64,000 nt of DNA from Thalia democratica (taxonomy: Eukaryota): contig OZ241834.1 in assembly GCA_965202585.1 (NCBI GenBank), positions 8,122,001 through 8,186,000 on the forward strand, read 5' to 3'. Position numbers and translations under genes: made by a program. Shown here in pieces: positions 36,701 to 50,100 of this stretch. The notes beneath the pieces are model-generated. The model was not told the origin of the DNA, did no database searches, and worked only from the letters and a program-made list of their open reading frames with translations. Position 1 is the stretch's first letter. The number at the start of each line of letters is the position of its first letter.

Positions 36701-39700
36701 GATTTATATCAACTTTGACCTTTATAGCTTGTCATTATAGCAAAATGAAAGGAATACTTCAAATTTATTACATAAAACCATATGGCGATAATTTATGAGC
36801 ATTCCAAGTATTTATAAAAATGGCGAATTGATCAGTTTCATAATACTGTATACAATAACAGAGCAATAAAACACCTGGTGTAAGATACACCTATATAACT
36901 CGCAGACTTTACAACTGTATTTTATTGCTTTTATTTCATAACTGAAATAATAATTCATTATTTTTTACTGCATTAGACCCAATAATACTAATCAATAATT
37001 TATTATTTTCTGTCTTAACATACGAGTTAAAGTTTAATTAAAATCGATGTACTGTTCTTAAAGTAGTACAAAACAGTTATAAAACATCAGATAAATAACC
37101 AATATATTTTAAATGCTACTCATTTAAAATTTAATATTACTATTGATTAATGAACTAAATCTAGTTGTTACGTAATTAGACTTTTTAAACTGTAGAAATC
37201 AATGTAAAGTTAAAAATAGTATGTATTATAAAAAAACAGTTGAAATAAAAAAAAGGTTTAAAATTTTACACTGAAATACATTTCGAAAAAGTAAAACTAT
37301 TTAGTACAACTTAACAGCTTTTGAAAAGTTTGAAGCGTTTAAATTTGATTGTTAATATTTAAAAATACAAAACATTAAAAGATACAACAAATTTATTTTA
37401 TCGCGTTTTAACATTTAAAATAGCAGAATAAAAATTTATTAGGTGTTTATCGAGACATATTTTTAGTCAAACGAAAATAGTGAAAAAATAAATCTCTGAA
37501 ACGTTAAAAAGTACAAGTTTTAATTAGGCAAATAAACAATAGAACATGTAATACGGATAATGTTTTCAGTAGAATACAATTACTTAATAATCTCAGACAG
37601 TTTAATTTTATCAAATAAGTAAAAATTGCCCACTTTGTGAACATTAGATAAACAATTTTCAAAATTTTATTAATATATCAATAACTAATAAGAAATGATA
37701 TGTTTTGTAAAACTAGTCTAATCGATTATTTGTATATAAATTTTAGTTGTAAGCTAATTAGAATAAAGAAGTTTTTAGATAACTCTATAGCAAGAATTGC
37801 ATTTTCACAATTTATGGAGGTGTTAAATAAACTGTTTATTTAAATAATATTCGAGGCTTATTTAGTTAAGAAATATACAAAAACTTTAAATTTAGGTTGA
37901 TAAAATTAGTAAAGAAAATAATGTCAACTCAAACTAATTTATCGATTAATTCTTGTTACATTAGCTTATTGTTAATAAACTAAGTCAGTCAGAAACAACA
38001 TTTAGGTAAACTATTTATTATTTTAAAATCAAGAAGTATATTTTCATTTAAACTTTACAATAACTAGAAACAATTTACAATAAAACAAATCGATGAATGA
38101 AAAAGTTGTTCTGTTTTCCTCATAGCATAAAACAATTGTACATATCATCACTTTTACTAAAAAACATATATGGTTTAGCAATGTTTTAAAGCTTGATCGG
38201 GATTTTACTAAGTCTTTTGTAGCTAAGCTAAATTTCAAAACAAGGGCTTGGTAACGGGTCGGGTTTTTAACGGGTTGGTTGCAGTATTAAAGTTTTAGAA
38301 ACTTTTTTATACGTTATGTTATGCTACTGAGGTAAGGTAACAATACAGTAGTACATTAATAACATTTAAACGCTATCTATAATCCATTTTACCAAAATTT
38401 TTAAACTTTATCTATTGCCCTTAACCAACCATACCCAAAGAAAAATTGAATAAAAAAAAAGTTTCATTAATTATAAATTAAAATAAACAGAACTTTCTTA
38501 GGAAATTCGCCTTGATTTTTAAGTCAAAAGCTTTAACGGTTGGAAAAAGTACATTGCGTTTTGTCGTATAATGTTTACTAAAAATAACAGCTGTAAACAT
38601 AAATTCAAATAATTTATTATTTAGTTAGTGTGATTGGTTTTTAACAACTAAATTAATCTTGCATATTGGTAAAAATTTTAACAAATAATCATTGTATTTT
38701 GCGTCTCACTAACAGCTAATCTACTATAATATACTCAACATAGCTTGCCGACCCATGGTCTAAGACAACTAAATAAAGGAAAAAATTTGATAGTAAAATT
38801 CGCATAAAATTATTTACTTTTTATAAATCAAATTTACTTACTAACCAATACGTATTACGTAGGAGAGACCTCACAAATGCAAGGTGTGCGGGAAGGCGTT
38901 CAACCGTAGCAGCACTTTGAACACTCACATGCGTATTCACACTGGGGACCGCCCCTACCAGTGCCAGGTGTGCGGGAAGCGGTTCCACCAGAAGGGCAAC
39001 TACAAGAACCACTGTTTGACCCACAAGAAGGAAAAGGACTTCAAGTGCAAGATCTGCGGGAAGGCCTTCCATCAGGTCAGTATTACTGTTTAATTCTTTT
39101 GACTAAAATTTTAAATTAAGGCGTTTTTTCAGGTAAAAAAAAGTGTTCTGGTTTGTATTCTGGCAGTTTAAATATTTTATATTCCAAGTTAGTTGTACTA
39201 GCTTTTTAATTTAAGTAACCTATGACCATATGTTAGGACTCGCAATTAACAAAGCATAAGCAATGATAATTAAAAATTTTGTCAGTCGATAAATACGATT
39301 TTTATGTAGTTTTGTCATGTTTTAGTATGATTGGAACGCAGCCATGCTGTAAAACGACGTTTACAAATTAAATTTAAATATACGTTTATTACTAATACAA
39401 TACTTATAAAATTATCTTAAATTTCCAACTATAAACTTAAATAACAAACTAAACAATAGAAATGTCAAATTTCTCATATTTGTTATTTTATATGTGTAAA
39501 AACAGTAAAATTGTACTGCAAATGTTTTGAAATTTAGACAACAAAAAAAAACTCACAGGCGCTACTAATCTGGTTTTTTAATAAAATTACAGATTGTTTC
39601 ACAAACACAAGCGGCCTTTCAAAGTTCCATTTGATTTGTTTGGCATGTAACAATAAACAAACTTGTTTTCATAATAACTAAGAAAGTAAATTTAGATTTA

Positions 39701-40483
39701 TACTGTAGCACCTGCATTTACAGGTGTTTTAACAAGTCCGGTAGTTTTTTGAGTATTATTTTTCCAATACTTTTATATAAAGCAATACCTTACTCAACAA
39801 AATATTAAGATTAGATGTAGTTATCAATATAGTTATATTCCTTTAATATAACTTTCTGATTAGTTTTTTTATACTTTTGATACTTTTAAAAGTCTTAAAA
39901 TTAAAGTAGTAATTAGAAATAGAGTTTTTCTTCAAGAAGGTACAAAATAAATTTTAAGTTGTTGGTGACAACTTTATGTTAAATAACCCATATAAAAAAT
40001 ATTTGAAAACGTTAATTTCATATGTGTTTCCTATCAAAGCATTTACAAAAGCTTTTGTATCAAACAGTAAACCTTTGAACTGAACTTTTTATTTGCAATA
40101 GCCTAAGTGGTTTAAGTAATTTGTACTAAATACGTAAACAAGTACTACTTATAATTATTAATTAAATTTTTAATAACCTATATATTTAATTTTTTTTAAT
40201 CTTATTAATTATATATGAAATATGATAATAAAAATCAAAATAGTTTAGATGTGGAATTAGCTCAGGTATTTCGAATAAAATATGAAAACTATGTAAACTT
40301 AATACCTAATAAAACATCATAAAACTTTAGATGTCGAACCTTGGTTTCCACATGAACACTCACCTTGCGGTGAAACCCTTCAACTGCCACATCTGCGGAA
40401 AGGGATTCTGCAGGAACTTCGACCTGAAGAAGCACATCAGAAAGCTACACAAGGATCATGTTGAGAAGAAATCTTCGTCTTGA
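33253..40483 (+). CDS. Fezf: Fezf copy B, intact, 350 aa; join(33253..33792,34608..34754,38863..39075,40331..40483)
   Basis: Exon sizes match copy A (540/147/213/153) with GT-AG junctions. Only 7 amino-acid differences from A (G31V, F116M, P140S, V165A, I308M, N347K, P348S) against many synonymous changes. Confidence 0.95.
34608..34754 (+). CDS. Fezf: Fezf-B coding exon 2
   Basis: tttccag|ATA TGT ... TCC AAG|gtaact. Confidence 0.95.
38863..39075 (+). CDS. Fezf: Fezf-B coding exon 3
   Basis: cgtag|GAG AGA ... CAT CAG|gtcagt. Confidence 0.95.
40331..40483 (+). CDS. Fezf: Fezf-B coding exon 4
   Basis: ctttag|ATG TCG ... TCG TCT TGA. Confidence 0.95.
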   Translation: MSNLGFHMNTHLAVKPFNCHICGKGFCRNFDLKKHIRKLHKDHVEKKSSS

Positions 40484-41488
40484 ATCAACAAACGCAATCC
40501 TGGTAAACAAGGATCACAATTTAACTCAGTAGTCCTGATTTTTCCTGAAGAACGCGTCTAGATATTTATGTGTAAATCTTTAATATTTGGCATGCTCGAT
40601 TGTTTATGAGGTTCAAAGTTTGAACAAACTACTTCAATTTAATTTTTTCTAATCAACCCAACTACGCAACCCTGACCTCTAAAACAATATGTTTGAGTTC
40701 TTGAATGTAAGTGTGAAGCGTAAAAATAAAAGCATTCAAATTTTGACAAGCGTTTAATGTTATTACGTAAGTAGTTTTCCGACGAATTCTCAAGTGCAGT
40801 CCCTAATTTTAAACTTTATGAGTTTGAATTATTTTATATACTTTCCTTTAAAAATGTTTGAAATTAACAAATACAAACAACTTTTTATACTGCTTTAAAC
40901 TCCGCGTGATTACTAAAAACGAGCAGTTAGTATATTTTTACCATTCTTTTGTGAAGAACTCATGCAAAAACTAAAATGCATATTTACCATCAAAAAGTTT
41001 AGTTCTTTTGGTACAGATTCTAAATTTATAACGATTATATTTTATATATGAGCTATACATATAAAACTGTCACTTTTTTGTGTTATTGCATTTTAATTTT
41101 TAATGTACTTAGTATTGTACTTGCCCAATCTTTTTATATTGAAACTTTTTTTTAACAAGCTGTTTTGTATCTAATGAATTTTTTTTTAAAACTCTTTTTC
41201 AATGCGTTTGCTACTTTTTAACTTTTACAAAAATTACAGACACAGTAGCGTTGAAACATACATATTCAAATAACAATTCTTTCTTTAAATTAAAAAAAAT
41301 AATAAATTTCGAAACAACTAAATATAGACCGCAATCAAGTTCAATTTTCCGCCCCATCACAAAAATAAAAAAAACCATAAAAAATCAAAACACAAAAGAA
41401 GGCAGGTGTTTGATTAAATGTCGTTATCTCCCCTGTAGCTCCGATGCAGCCGACCCGGTGTAATCGCGTTTCACGGCACCCCCGCGAC

Positions 41489-41502
41489 GTTTCCGTGGCA
41501 AC
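41489..41502. promoter_or_regulatory. RFX X-box-like site, copy B
   Basis: GTTTCCGTGGCAAC. Confidence 0.55.
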
Positions 41503-42641
41503 AGGTGCGCGGGTTGACAGGGTTGACGAGGTTTTTTCGCGGGGCCCCGATATGATCAGTCAGATGCGAGACCTGCCCGTGAAATCCACGCGACGTTTCT
41601 GTCGCTTGACGGTTTTGACTTTTGTGCTTTTTGTTTCATCTCGTTCAATAATGTCTACTCTTTCGTTTTTACGTTAAATTAATTCTTTAAGCTTTTCTTT
41701 AATACTACTTTATTCTTAATTATATGGTTTTTTCTCCTTTTGATTTAAGATTACGTATTTTTCTAAAATGTCATAGTTAAATATAATAAAAAATGTAAAA
41801 GAATTCAATGTTTCTCAGTTTTAAAAATAAACTATTTTATTAAAATAATTTTTTCAGCTCCAGTTGTTAAAAAAACGTATACTCTTATTTTACACTCGTT
41901 TTGCTGCTAAACGTTTACAATTTGTTTTTTAATTGTTATTTATGTGCATTCTTTGAGTTTTAGTACTAACAGTGTTTATTTGTTTTTTATTTTATTACTT
42001 TTTAATAAAGTACTAATATAAAAATTTTGTTATAATTAAAAGTTGTTTCAAAACTGTCTATTAATAAAAATTATGTTTGTATTATAAGGAGACTCCTTAA
42101 AGGTGTTGTTGAAATTTTATTAACCAGTTCAGATTCTGAGTCAAATTTAACTAAGTATGTATTAAAAAGCTTACTCTTTGCAACAATGGAGGCTTTAGTT
42201 TAAATCATTTAAAAGTATGTACTTAGCTATAAACTCATCTTTTAAACAGATTGAACATCATATAAGTTGCTTGATGTAACAATAAAAGCTTTTAAAAAGT
42301 TAAAAATAAGTTCGTTATCTAAATGAGAAGTCATAACATTATTTAAATATTTCATTACAAAAATACTTTTTTTTATGCTTAAATATGAATAACAAATTTT
42401 AGCAATAGTTTTTGTTATAACAAGTACGTAAATTTTAAATCAAAACATAACTTTTTCGATAAAACTAACCGATCTTAATTTGATCTGTAATCAATTATAT
42501 TTGTTTAATAACTTTTGCAATAAATTTATTAAAATGTTGCATTGATTAGTCTGACTGAACAATAAGTTGAATTAAGTTTTAATTTTACACTTGTTAATGT
42601 AAAGTATATTATTTAGTTTTAGTTTCTTTATCCCTTTAAAC

Positions 42642-43076
42642 CAGGATTTCCCAAAAAAAAAAGCCAAAGTGGCCCATTGGGAGCCATTACAGAAATTTAA
42701 GGGGCAATTAGCAGCAAAGGGGCTAGCTAAAAGGGGCCATGGGGTCATAATTTGAAACTTACACTAAATATTCTGGAGTTGATAAGGAAGAGCAAAAATG
42801 GAAAAAAGTTTTTGGCAATTTTAATGGTAGTTTTGAACTATACTAGATGTTATGAAAAAAGTTTAAACATTTTAGGGGGCCACAAGCTGTAAAATAGGAG
42901 CCACAAAGCCAAAATTTGTAACTTACACTACAAGGTTCTGGATTTGATGATGAAGAGTAAATTAAAAAGGTCTTAGGCAATTTTAAGTGTTGTTTTTTGA
43001 GCAACCTTGTTGGAGGGGGCCAAAGTTTTTCAATTTCTTTTAAGGGAGCCTTTTGAAAAAAGTTTGAGATACCCTG
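42642..43076. mobile_element. Non-autonomous hAT-type element, 435 bp, 8-bp TSD
   Basis: Ends CAGGATTTCCCAAA ... TTTGAGATACCCTG; flanks CTTTAAAC (42634-42641) and CTTAAAAC (43077-43084); GGGGCC motifs and an internal ~190-bp duplication. Confidence 0.75.
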
Positions 43077-44598
43077 CTTAAAACTATATGAAGTTTACGC
43101 GTTTTTATTAAACGACCGTTTTTATTGTATCACTTAGTTTGAATTTTGATTTACGTTTTGTTTTTGTATACGAAAAATTTTGGTACGTTGTTCCAAAATT
43201 TAATTAGTGCTAGACTCTAGTTGTGTATAAAAAAAATTAAAAGTAGTTTACTTAAACATCTTAAAATATTTATATCAATATAAGATATTTTTAAGTTACA
43301 AACTTAAGGTCTGATATGTGAAAATACTTATTCTCACAAATTTATAAACTGTTATGTCTATAATTCATTATTCACTTCAAAATTATGAAAAAAATAATAC
43401 GAAAAAAAAAATTAATGGTACAAACTAGCAACAGAAAAATATACCAAGTTTACAGTTATATATTTAAATCTAACAGTTTCGTTTTTTTCTTATAAATATT
43501 GAAAGTTGTGAAGAACATTTAAATATTTATAATTTAGTTGAACATAAAATCTTGTTACGACTCTATGCTAGCTTAAATTGAAACTTTGTTTATTTAGCGT
43601 TAAAAATTAAATTAAACTTTAACTTTAGTAAAGTACATTTACTTACACTTGTATTATAAGTAAAATACAAATATTGAAAACCTAATGAAATCGTATATCT
43701 GGTTCAAAAAGTTTCCAAAAATACAAATATTTTAATGTCGGTAACAAATCTTTCCTTTTAAAACATTTTGTGCTTTACTTTTACACAAAACATGCTCTTA
43801 GCTTTTTTTAGTTTTAATCTTTTGTTACTGAAAAAGGTAGAATGTAATATTTGAGATGTAGATTTGACCATAATTAAAAACTTTATTTTTAACAGTGATT
43901 TCACTGTGACCAGTTAGTAAATGGTAAAAAAAAACTATCCTCAACGGAATTTTTTCTTAGATTTATTTTTAAGAAAACCAATATGTTATAATTTTTTTAT
44001 TTATTAGTAAAGAGTAAATAAAAGTTTCTAGAAACAATAAAATATGTAACAAATACATTTTTTGGTAAATTGTATAGAATTCACAAATTTTTGTACTATT
44101 TAAATTTATTCTCTCACTTTATGTTTGTAAAATAATTAAAATTTGAACACGAGAAAATAACAAACTGTTTCAAATTTTGTTATCAAGCATTTTTTATATT
44201 TATTTTGAGCGCCTAAATTGCAGTATGCTTAAAAACTTAGTATTTATTTGCTATTAATTATTAATTGTAATAAACAAGGTTTTTTCAAAAAATAATTGCT
44301 TAAAAACAAATTATGAAGTGTAAGAAAAGATGAAAGAGTCATGACGGATAAAAGTCTTAATTCGAAAACAAAAAAGTAGATTGATTTGTATAACTTGAAC
44401 TGAATGAGATGTGTAGTTTTAGGCAAAAACATTACTAGTGGTTGATATTAGTGGTAACTTTATTTTATTATATCAGTCTAGAATTAAGTTATTAAGCATT
44501 TAGTATGGTAATCATCAGAATTAAGTTTAGTATTTTATCGTATCAAATGTTTAAACTATTATACGAACAAAAATTTGAAATGATTTTTTTTAACACTA

Positions 44599-44915
44599 CA
44601 GGTGATCAGCATTTTACATTAAGGGGCCAACTTAAAAATGATTTGCTGGCCTCTATGTATGGAAAACAATCATCTGCGGGCTGCAAATAGTTAAGACTAA
44701 TTGAACTGATCAATTTAAAAACATTAATTCAAAGTAAAATTGTTTGGAAGTCAGCAACAATTTAACACTAGCAGATAGTTATTATTAAACTAAGAGCCTG
44801 TATGTAAGTTTTCATAAAAAACTCTGTTTTTGTTGTTTCAATAAAGTTTTTATTTACCTGTAAAGTATTTTGCGGGCCGCAAGTTTTTGCTTTTAAGAAC
44901 GCAGTTTACCGACTG
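44599..44915. mobile_element. Possible decayed hAT-type MITE
   Basis: CAGGTGATCAGCA ... TTTACCGACTG ends with GCGGGCTGCA / GCGGGCCGCA subterminal motifs; TIR match is poor and there is no TSD. Confidence 0.35.
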
Positions 44916-45249
44916 ACAACAAGCAAAATGCGTCATATAAAACATACTAAAATAAATAATGTTTAGACGACGTTTCTAAAACTATTAAGATCAAAATGTA
45001 ACTGTTTTAATTTTTTTTCTCTTAAGTTTAAACCTAAGTGAGTATTTTTTATATAGTTTAAAATGTTTTATGTAGTCTAGTTTTAAAACATTGTAACATC
45101 TTTGCTGAGACATATTTCACAATAAAGTAAACATTATTAAATTCTAAATTTATCTTTATTTTGTTATATCATACTACTTATCTCGCTTTAAGTTTACGCT
45201 GTTTCAAGAGACTATTTAAATTTTAAGAGAAAACTGTAAAAGCTACGAT

Positions 45250-45720
45250 AAACGTAATAAAAGAAGTTATGTTTATATAACACAAAAAACAAATGCGATC
45301 ACAATACTCTAACAATGCACAATGCTCAATTTACTTGCTAAGAGTTTGTTAGTACATATCCTAATGAAGCAAGTTTGTTTGAATAAATAATAGTTAATAA
45401 CAACAATTTGTGCATAGCAACAACTTTTGAAATTTTATAGTCTGCAAAAAAACAACATATGTTTAAACAAAAAAAGTTTTATTTTTTGTATATTAAAATA
45501 AGCTATTAAAAGTATAAGTAGGTAAGTCATAATATTCACATTGTATCTAAAGTATATATTGTAAAAATTAAATACAAAGATGTGAAAGCATTTTACATTG
45601 AATGTAAGTTTGTATTGAATTAAGATACAAGATAAACTTATATTATAACCTTTTAAATATTGATCTAAAGTCGAAGTTTAAAGATGCCACAGTTTTTCGA
45701 AACTTCTGTCTTTTAACTTA
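45250..45720 (+). pseudogene. Heavily decayed AMN-like relic in copy C
   Basis: 45620-45710 aligns by eye to the reverse complement of 18615-18705; 45280-45420 aligns only faintly to 18960-19100. Confidence 0.35.
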
Positions 45721-46792
45721 AACTTTATACGTTAACTTTGTTTAAATGTTCTAAGTACGCAGCAAATAAATATATTTTATAGTAAAGATTAAGAACTGTA
45801 ACTACTTATTTTTGTTTAGCCTATAGCATATATATAACAAGTTTATATTTAATAATCATTATTTAGGCAGGTGTTTCTTTGATATGCAGTCTATATTATG
45901 AATGCATTTAAAACACCAAAGTTGATACTAAAATTTTTTGTTTCAAAAGTATTTAGTTTAAACTAATCTTATCTAAATAAGTAAATAATTTTTCGACTAA
46001 ATTATTTTTTTACACATTTCAACCGTTTAGTAATCTGTTTTATTTTTTAGCATAACTTTAATTTTCTTAATAGTCTGAAAGTTTTCAAAAAGTTTTGTTA
46101 TTGTTAAACTAATTTGATACAAAACCTTAGAATTTTTTTTTTTACTTCATAATTTTTTTTCAAATTTTGAAGCAATCAAAGTAGTTATTGAGTTTGACAC
46201 TTATTTTAAATTCGTACTCGTTAAATTCTTATGGAGTTTATAATAAAACATAACTTGTTTTACATAAACTACCTATCAAATAAAATCATGTCTTATTTAT
46301 TGAAAAACAAACCAAAATAAAGTATGATGCTCTTGAAATAAAATCATTATCTTATGGTTTTATATAAACTTTTGCTGATTTTCTATCAAGTTTATAGTCA
46401 GAAAAACTATTAAGTCCATTAAAAAGTAAATTTATTATAAATGCACAACTACTACAAAAACTAGTTTAAAGTTATTTGTGTCGAAAATTTTTTCTAAAGT
46501 TAGTCGAAATAAAATTTTACTTTTCAAATTATCTAAAATAAAACGTAGTACTTTTGAGTATGTATTCATCAAAGAATACCCTTTATACTTCTTCAAAAAA
46601 GTTGTAAATAGAATAACAAAACTTTTAAAAAGTTTCACAAATAAGTAACATACCTAATTTATTACCAAGTTAGTTGAAAAAATAATATCAAGTTCAAACT
46701 TTTAGAAGTCGACTAAAACTGATTTTTGTATACGATTATAAAATTTTTGCTACGTAAAATTGATTTTGCATATAATCTATAGTAAACTTTGT

Positions 46793-46849
46793 AGTCTATG
46801 AACAAAAATTTTAATGAAAAAGAGTCTATGAACAAAAAATTTAATGAAA
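46793..46849. repeat. 30-bp tandem duplication
   Basis: agtctatgaacaaaaa(t/a)tttaatgaaa twice with period 30. Confidence 0.8.
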
Positions 46850-47127
46850 GCAGTTTTTTAAAAGAAAACATTAAATAAGTTTAAATAAGCATTAAATTTG
46901 ATAAGTATGACTGTCATAAAACAAATTTCTTAGAAATTTACCAACAAAATTAGTTTGATTTTTTTTGTAAGTTTTATTTCATCATTAACTTACTTATTTG
47001 AAGTACAAAAACAAGCCTTAAACACAATGACATAACTAAATAAAAAACTATCATTCTCTAGAATTCTTATGAAAAAGCTTTAAAGATAAGTTACACAGCT
47101 AACAAGTAATTTTTAAGTTATAATAAC

Positions 47128-50100
47128 TTAAATGTACTGATAACCAAGAAAACTTTTTACAAGACCTTTAATGCTCATTAATATCATGTTGTTTTTAGAT
47201 AAGTTCTTGTAACTTATTGCTTCTGGTATTTTCAACCTGCACAATTGTTTCAAAATCCTTGGGTTTCCTAAGAGTAAAAAAAAACTGATTGGTTTTTCTA
47301 TCTTTTTTTAATTACAAGTTATGAGCCTAAATTAAGATAAACCAGTTGTAGCTAGTTAAAATTAATTAAAAAAAAAAAAGTTTATAATAGTTTTAGAGGC
47401 CGACAATGAGTCTTTAGCATTACTTAGTAAAAGTACTTTACTAATATTATTAATATTTTAATATTGATGTTAAGTAATCCTTAAAATGTAACTATATTAT
47501 ATTGAAACTAAAATAAGCTTTGAAAATATTTCTTTTTTAATTCTTATATTTCAAAGTCTTATCAAAAATAACCTCACTTTTGTTTAACATCTTCTTAAAC
47601 TAACACTTCAATATTATGTGTTAGACAGGTTTTAAAAACATTTAAAAAAGATAAACTAATAAGTATTGCAGACATATAGAATTAAGAATACATATAGTTA
47701 CTAGTGTCAATAAGGTATTTACTTTAAAGGTTTTTTTAAACCTCGTATACGACAGTTTGAATACAAGTTTTTCCTAGTTACTTGAAAAGAAAACAGATTT
47801 TAATATATAAACTACTTTAAGTGTTGGGCTAAGTTTCTAACGCTTAAGAAAACAAAACCGCTGTTATTTAAAAATTGATATTATCTGAATATATTCAAAA
47901 CAAACCAGTTTTATTGATGATGTAATCCCACTCATCAGTGTTATGTACGGATTCCAACAAACTCCTGCATAATTTCACAGGATTTCCAACAAAATTGAGG
48001 AGAAACGCGATCGCTGCTCCCCTCCAATCTCGAGAAAACTCATCATCGTTTGACAGGTAGTTGCAAAACTGTATGAGGTTTTATTAAATTTCATTTAGGT
48101 TTTAGAATAATTGTAATAATGATTTTTATAGAAATAAATTAAACAATTGTTGAATTAAGTTTCGATTAAATTTATCAAATTTAATTACTCAAATCGAATT
48201 GACTAACAACGGTAATGACACAATTCAATTTATTAAAACTGCTACAAAAGTTTGTAAATACTTTGCTCACAGATTTTCTATGTAAAACTAGAGGTTTTTA
48301 TTACTTCTCTAAAATTTTGAGTATACTTATACTATTTGTATTTATATAAGTAGATGATTTTTTTTATAAATGACTTTTTGTCTAGTGTTATTTAAGTACC
48401 TTTAGTGAAAACAACTATCAACTAAATGTATATATTTTATAAAGACATTTCTTATATTTTTAATAATGTTGTTTATAGAACTGTATATAAAGTATTCTTA
48501 ATTAAGATTTATTAAATGGTTTCCGAGAAACTTTAACTATTTTGATTAACTATGAAAATTATATATTTTAGTAAAAAAAATTACAATAAAGATTTTCTTC
48601 TGATGTGCAGATCAAAATCCTTATGTTCATGTAATCCCATTCCACAATCAAAACAGTTTTTCACGTCGGCTCCTGCCTTTGCTAGTACTATCAACATAAC
48701 ATTCTTTAGAATATTATTTTAAATTGAATAAGAGTATGCTTTTGCTTTTAAAGTTTATAGTATTTTTTTTAATGCTCAAATTAAAATGTTTTTGTAAAAG
48801 CTACACATATGCTTTAACTAAACTTTTACTCGATATATAACGCTTAAGCTGTTTGCAAAAGGACTAGCAACTTTTTGTAAAAGTATTATAATAAAAGTAC
48901 TAAATTGTACATTTTTTTAACGTTTATAATTAGGTTTTAACCTGACTTATATTGTTTTTTTTTTTAAGGTTTATAATTATAAATTTTGCATCTAAAAAAA
49001 TACCGTCTATAGCGAAACTTATTACATGAAACTAATTTATAACAGCATGAATATAAATAATTTAAAAAGAGTAAATATCTGATATATAATCAATAAACTT
49101 TAGTTGAACAAGACTTTTAAAGATACAAGTTTAAGTGATTTGAAATATCCAAAAAACCAAATTTGTTTGAGTTAATTTAGTGTTAGTAAAATTTAAGAAT
49201 TTAAAATAGTATTTAGATTTATTTTTAAAATATTTAACGTTTTCGTTTTATACTTGTTAACAATACAATATTTTAATCTATTTAAAAATAAAATTCTTTA
49301 TTTATTTCAAAAACATGTCAGTATGTGCTTAAGTTTTTTTAATTAAACGTTTTTAAATTTAGTTATATCTAGTTGTAACTTTTGGTCAAGATGTTCTTGT
49401 GCTTTTATTCATTTCGTCTTGTAAAAAAGTAAACTAAAATGATTTAAATAAATGTTGCAAACTCAAGTTAAACGAGTCATTTTAACAAATCTCGTTTCGG
49501 GTTACTTGTATTGGCTGAGTCTTGGGCATTCATGGGCATGCAAGAGACGTGTAAAAATTTATTAAGCTCGATGTAACTTCACTTTTTGCAGTGTGTAAAG
49601 TCGAACGTGAGGTAATGTTTTAGCAAATTAATGATTTTGTACGAGCATTTTTGCGGCTATTTTGTCAAATAGTGCTGTAGTTTGCTATATTTGTTATGAT
49701 TTAAGCTCACTGCATACAACGTAATGAGTTTGCTACTTTCGGTTTTAATCTTTTTTATTTTTTTTACAACTATTTATTAATTAACTGTACGTTGTAATTA
49801 AAAGTATAAAGTATGTTTTAACTTGTAACGATAATACTTTAGATGTATAGTTTAAGAAAAACTGGTTTTAAAGTAAATCAATGTTAATTGTATTCATTTA
49901 ACATGTATACGTTTTTTGAACAAAAATATAGCTTTAACAAATACTCAGAAAACTAACATTAAAATAATATCTTGAATTTTTTTTACTTTATTTAAAAATC
50001 AAACCAATTTAAGATCGCGCAATGCAAATGCAATGGAAGGAGAAAAATTAGTTTGTTTGTCACCAAATGAAGTATTTACATCAGCTCCATTAATTAAAAA

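Larger units (their letters stand above)
28328..41650 (+). repeat. Segmental duplicon, copy B (direct repeat of copy A; Fezf gene, no recognisable ASB exons downstream)
   Basis: Colinear similarity with 1-13200 across exons, introns and flanks. Similarity stops right after catctcgttcaat (13200/41650). The true left end is probably further upstream, matching sequence outside the window. Confidence 0.92.

Noticed and set aside
42079-42153. Possible ankyrin-adjacent exon (RLLKGVVEILLTSSDSESNLTK|gtatgt) downstream of copy B
   Set aside because: Single short piece with weak similarity and no supporting neighbours; needs tBLASTn before any claim.
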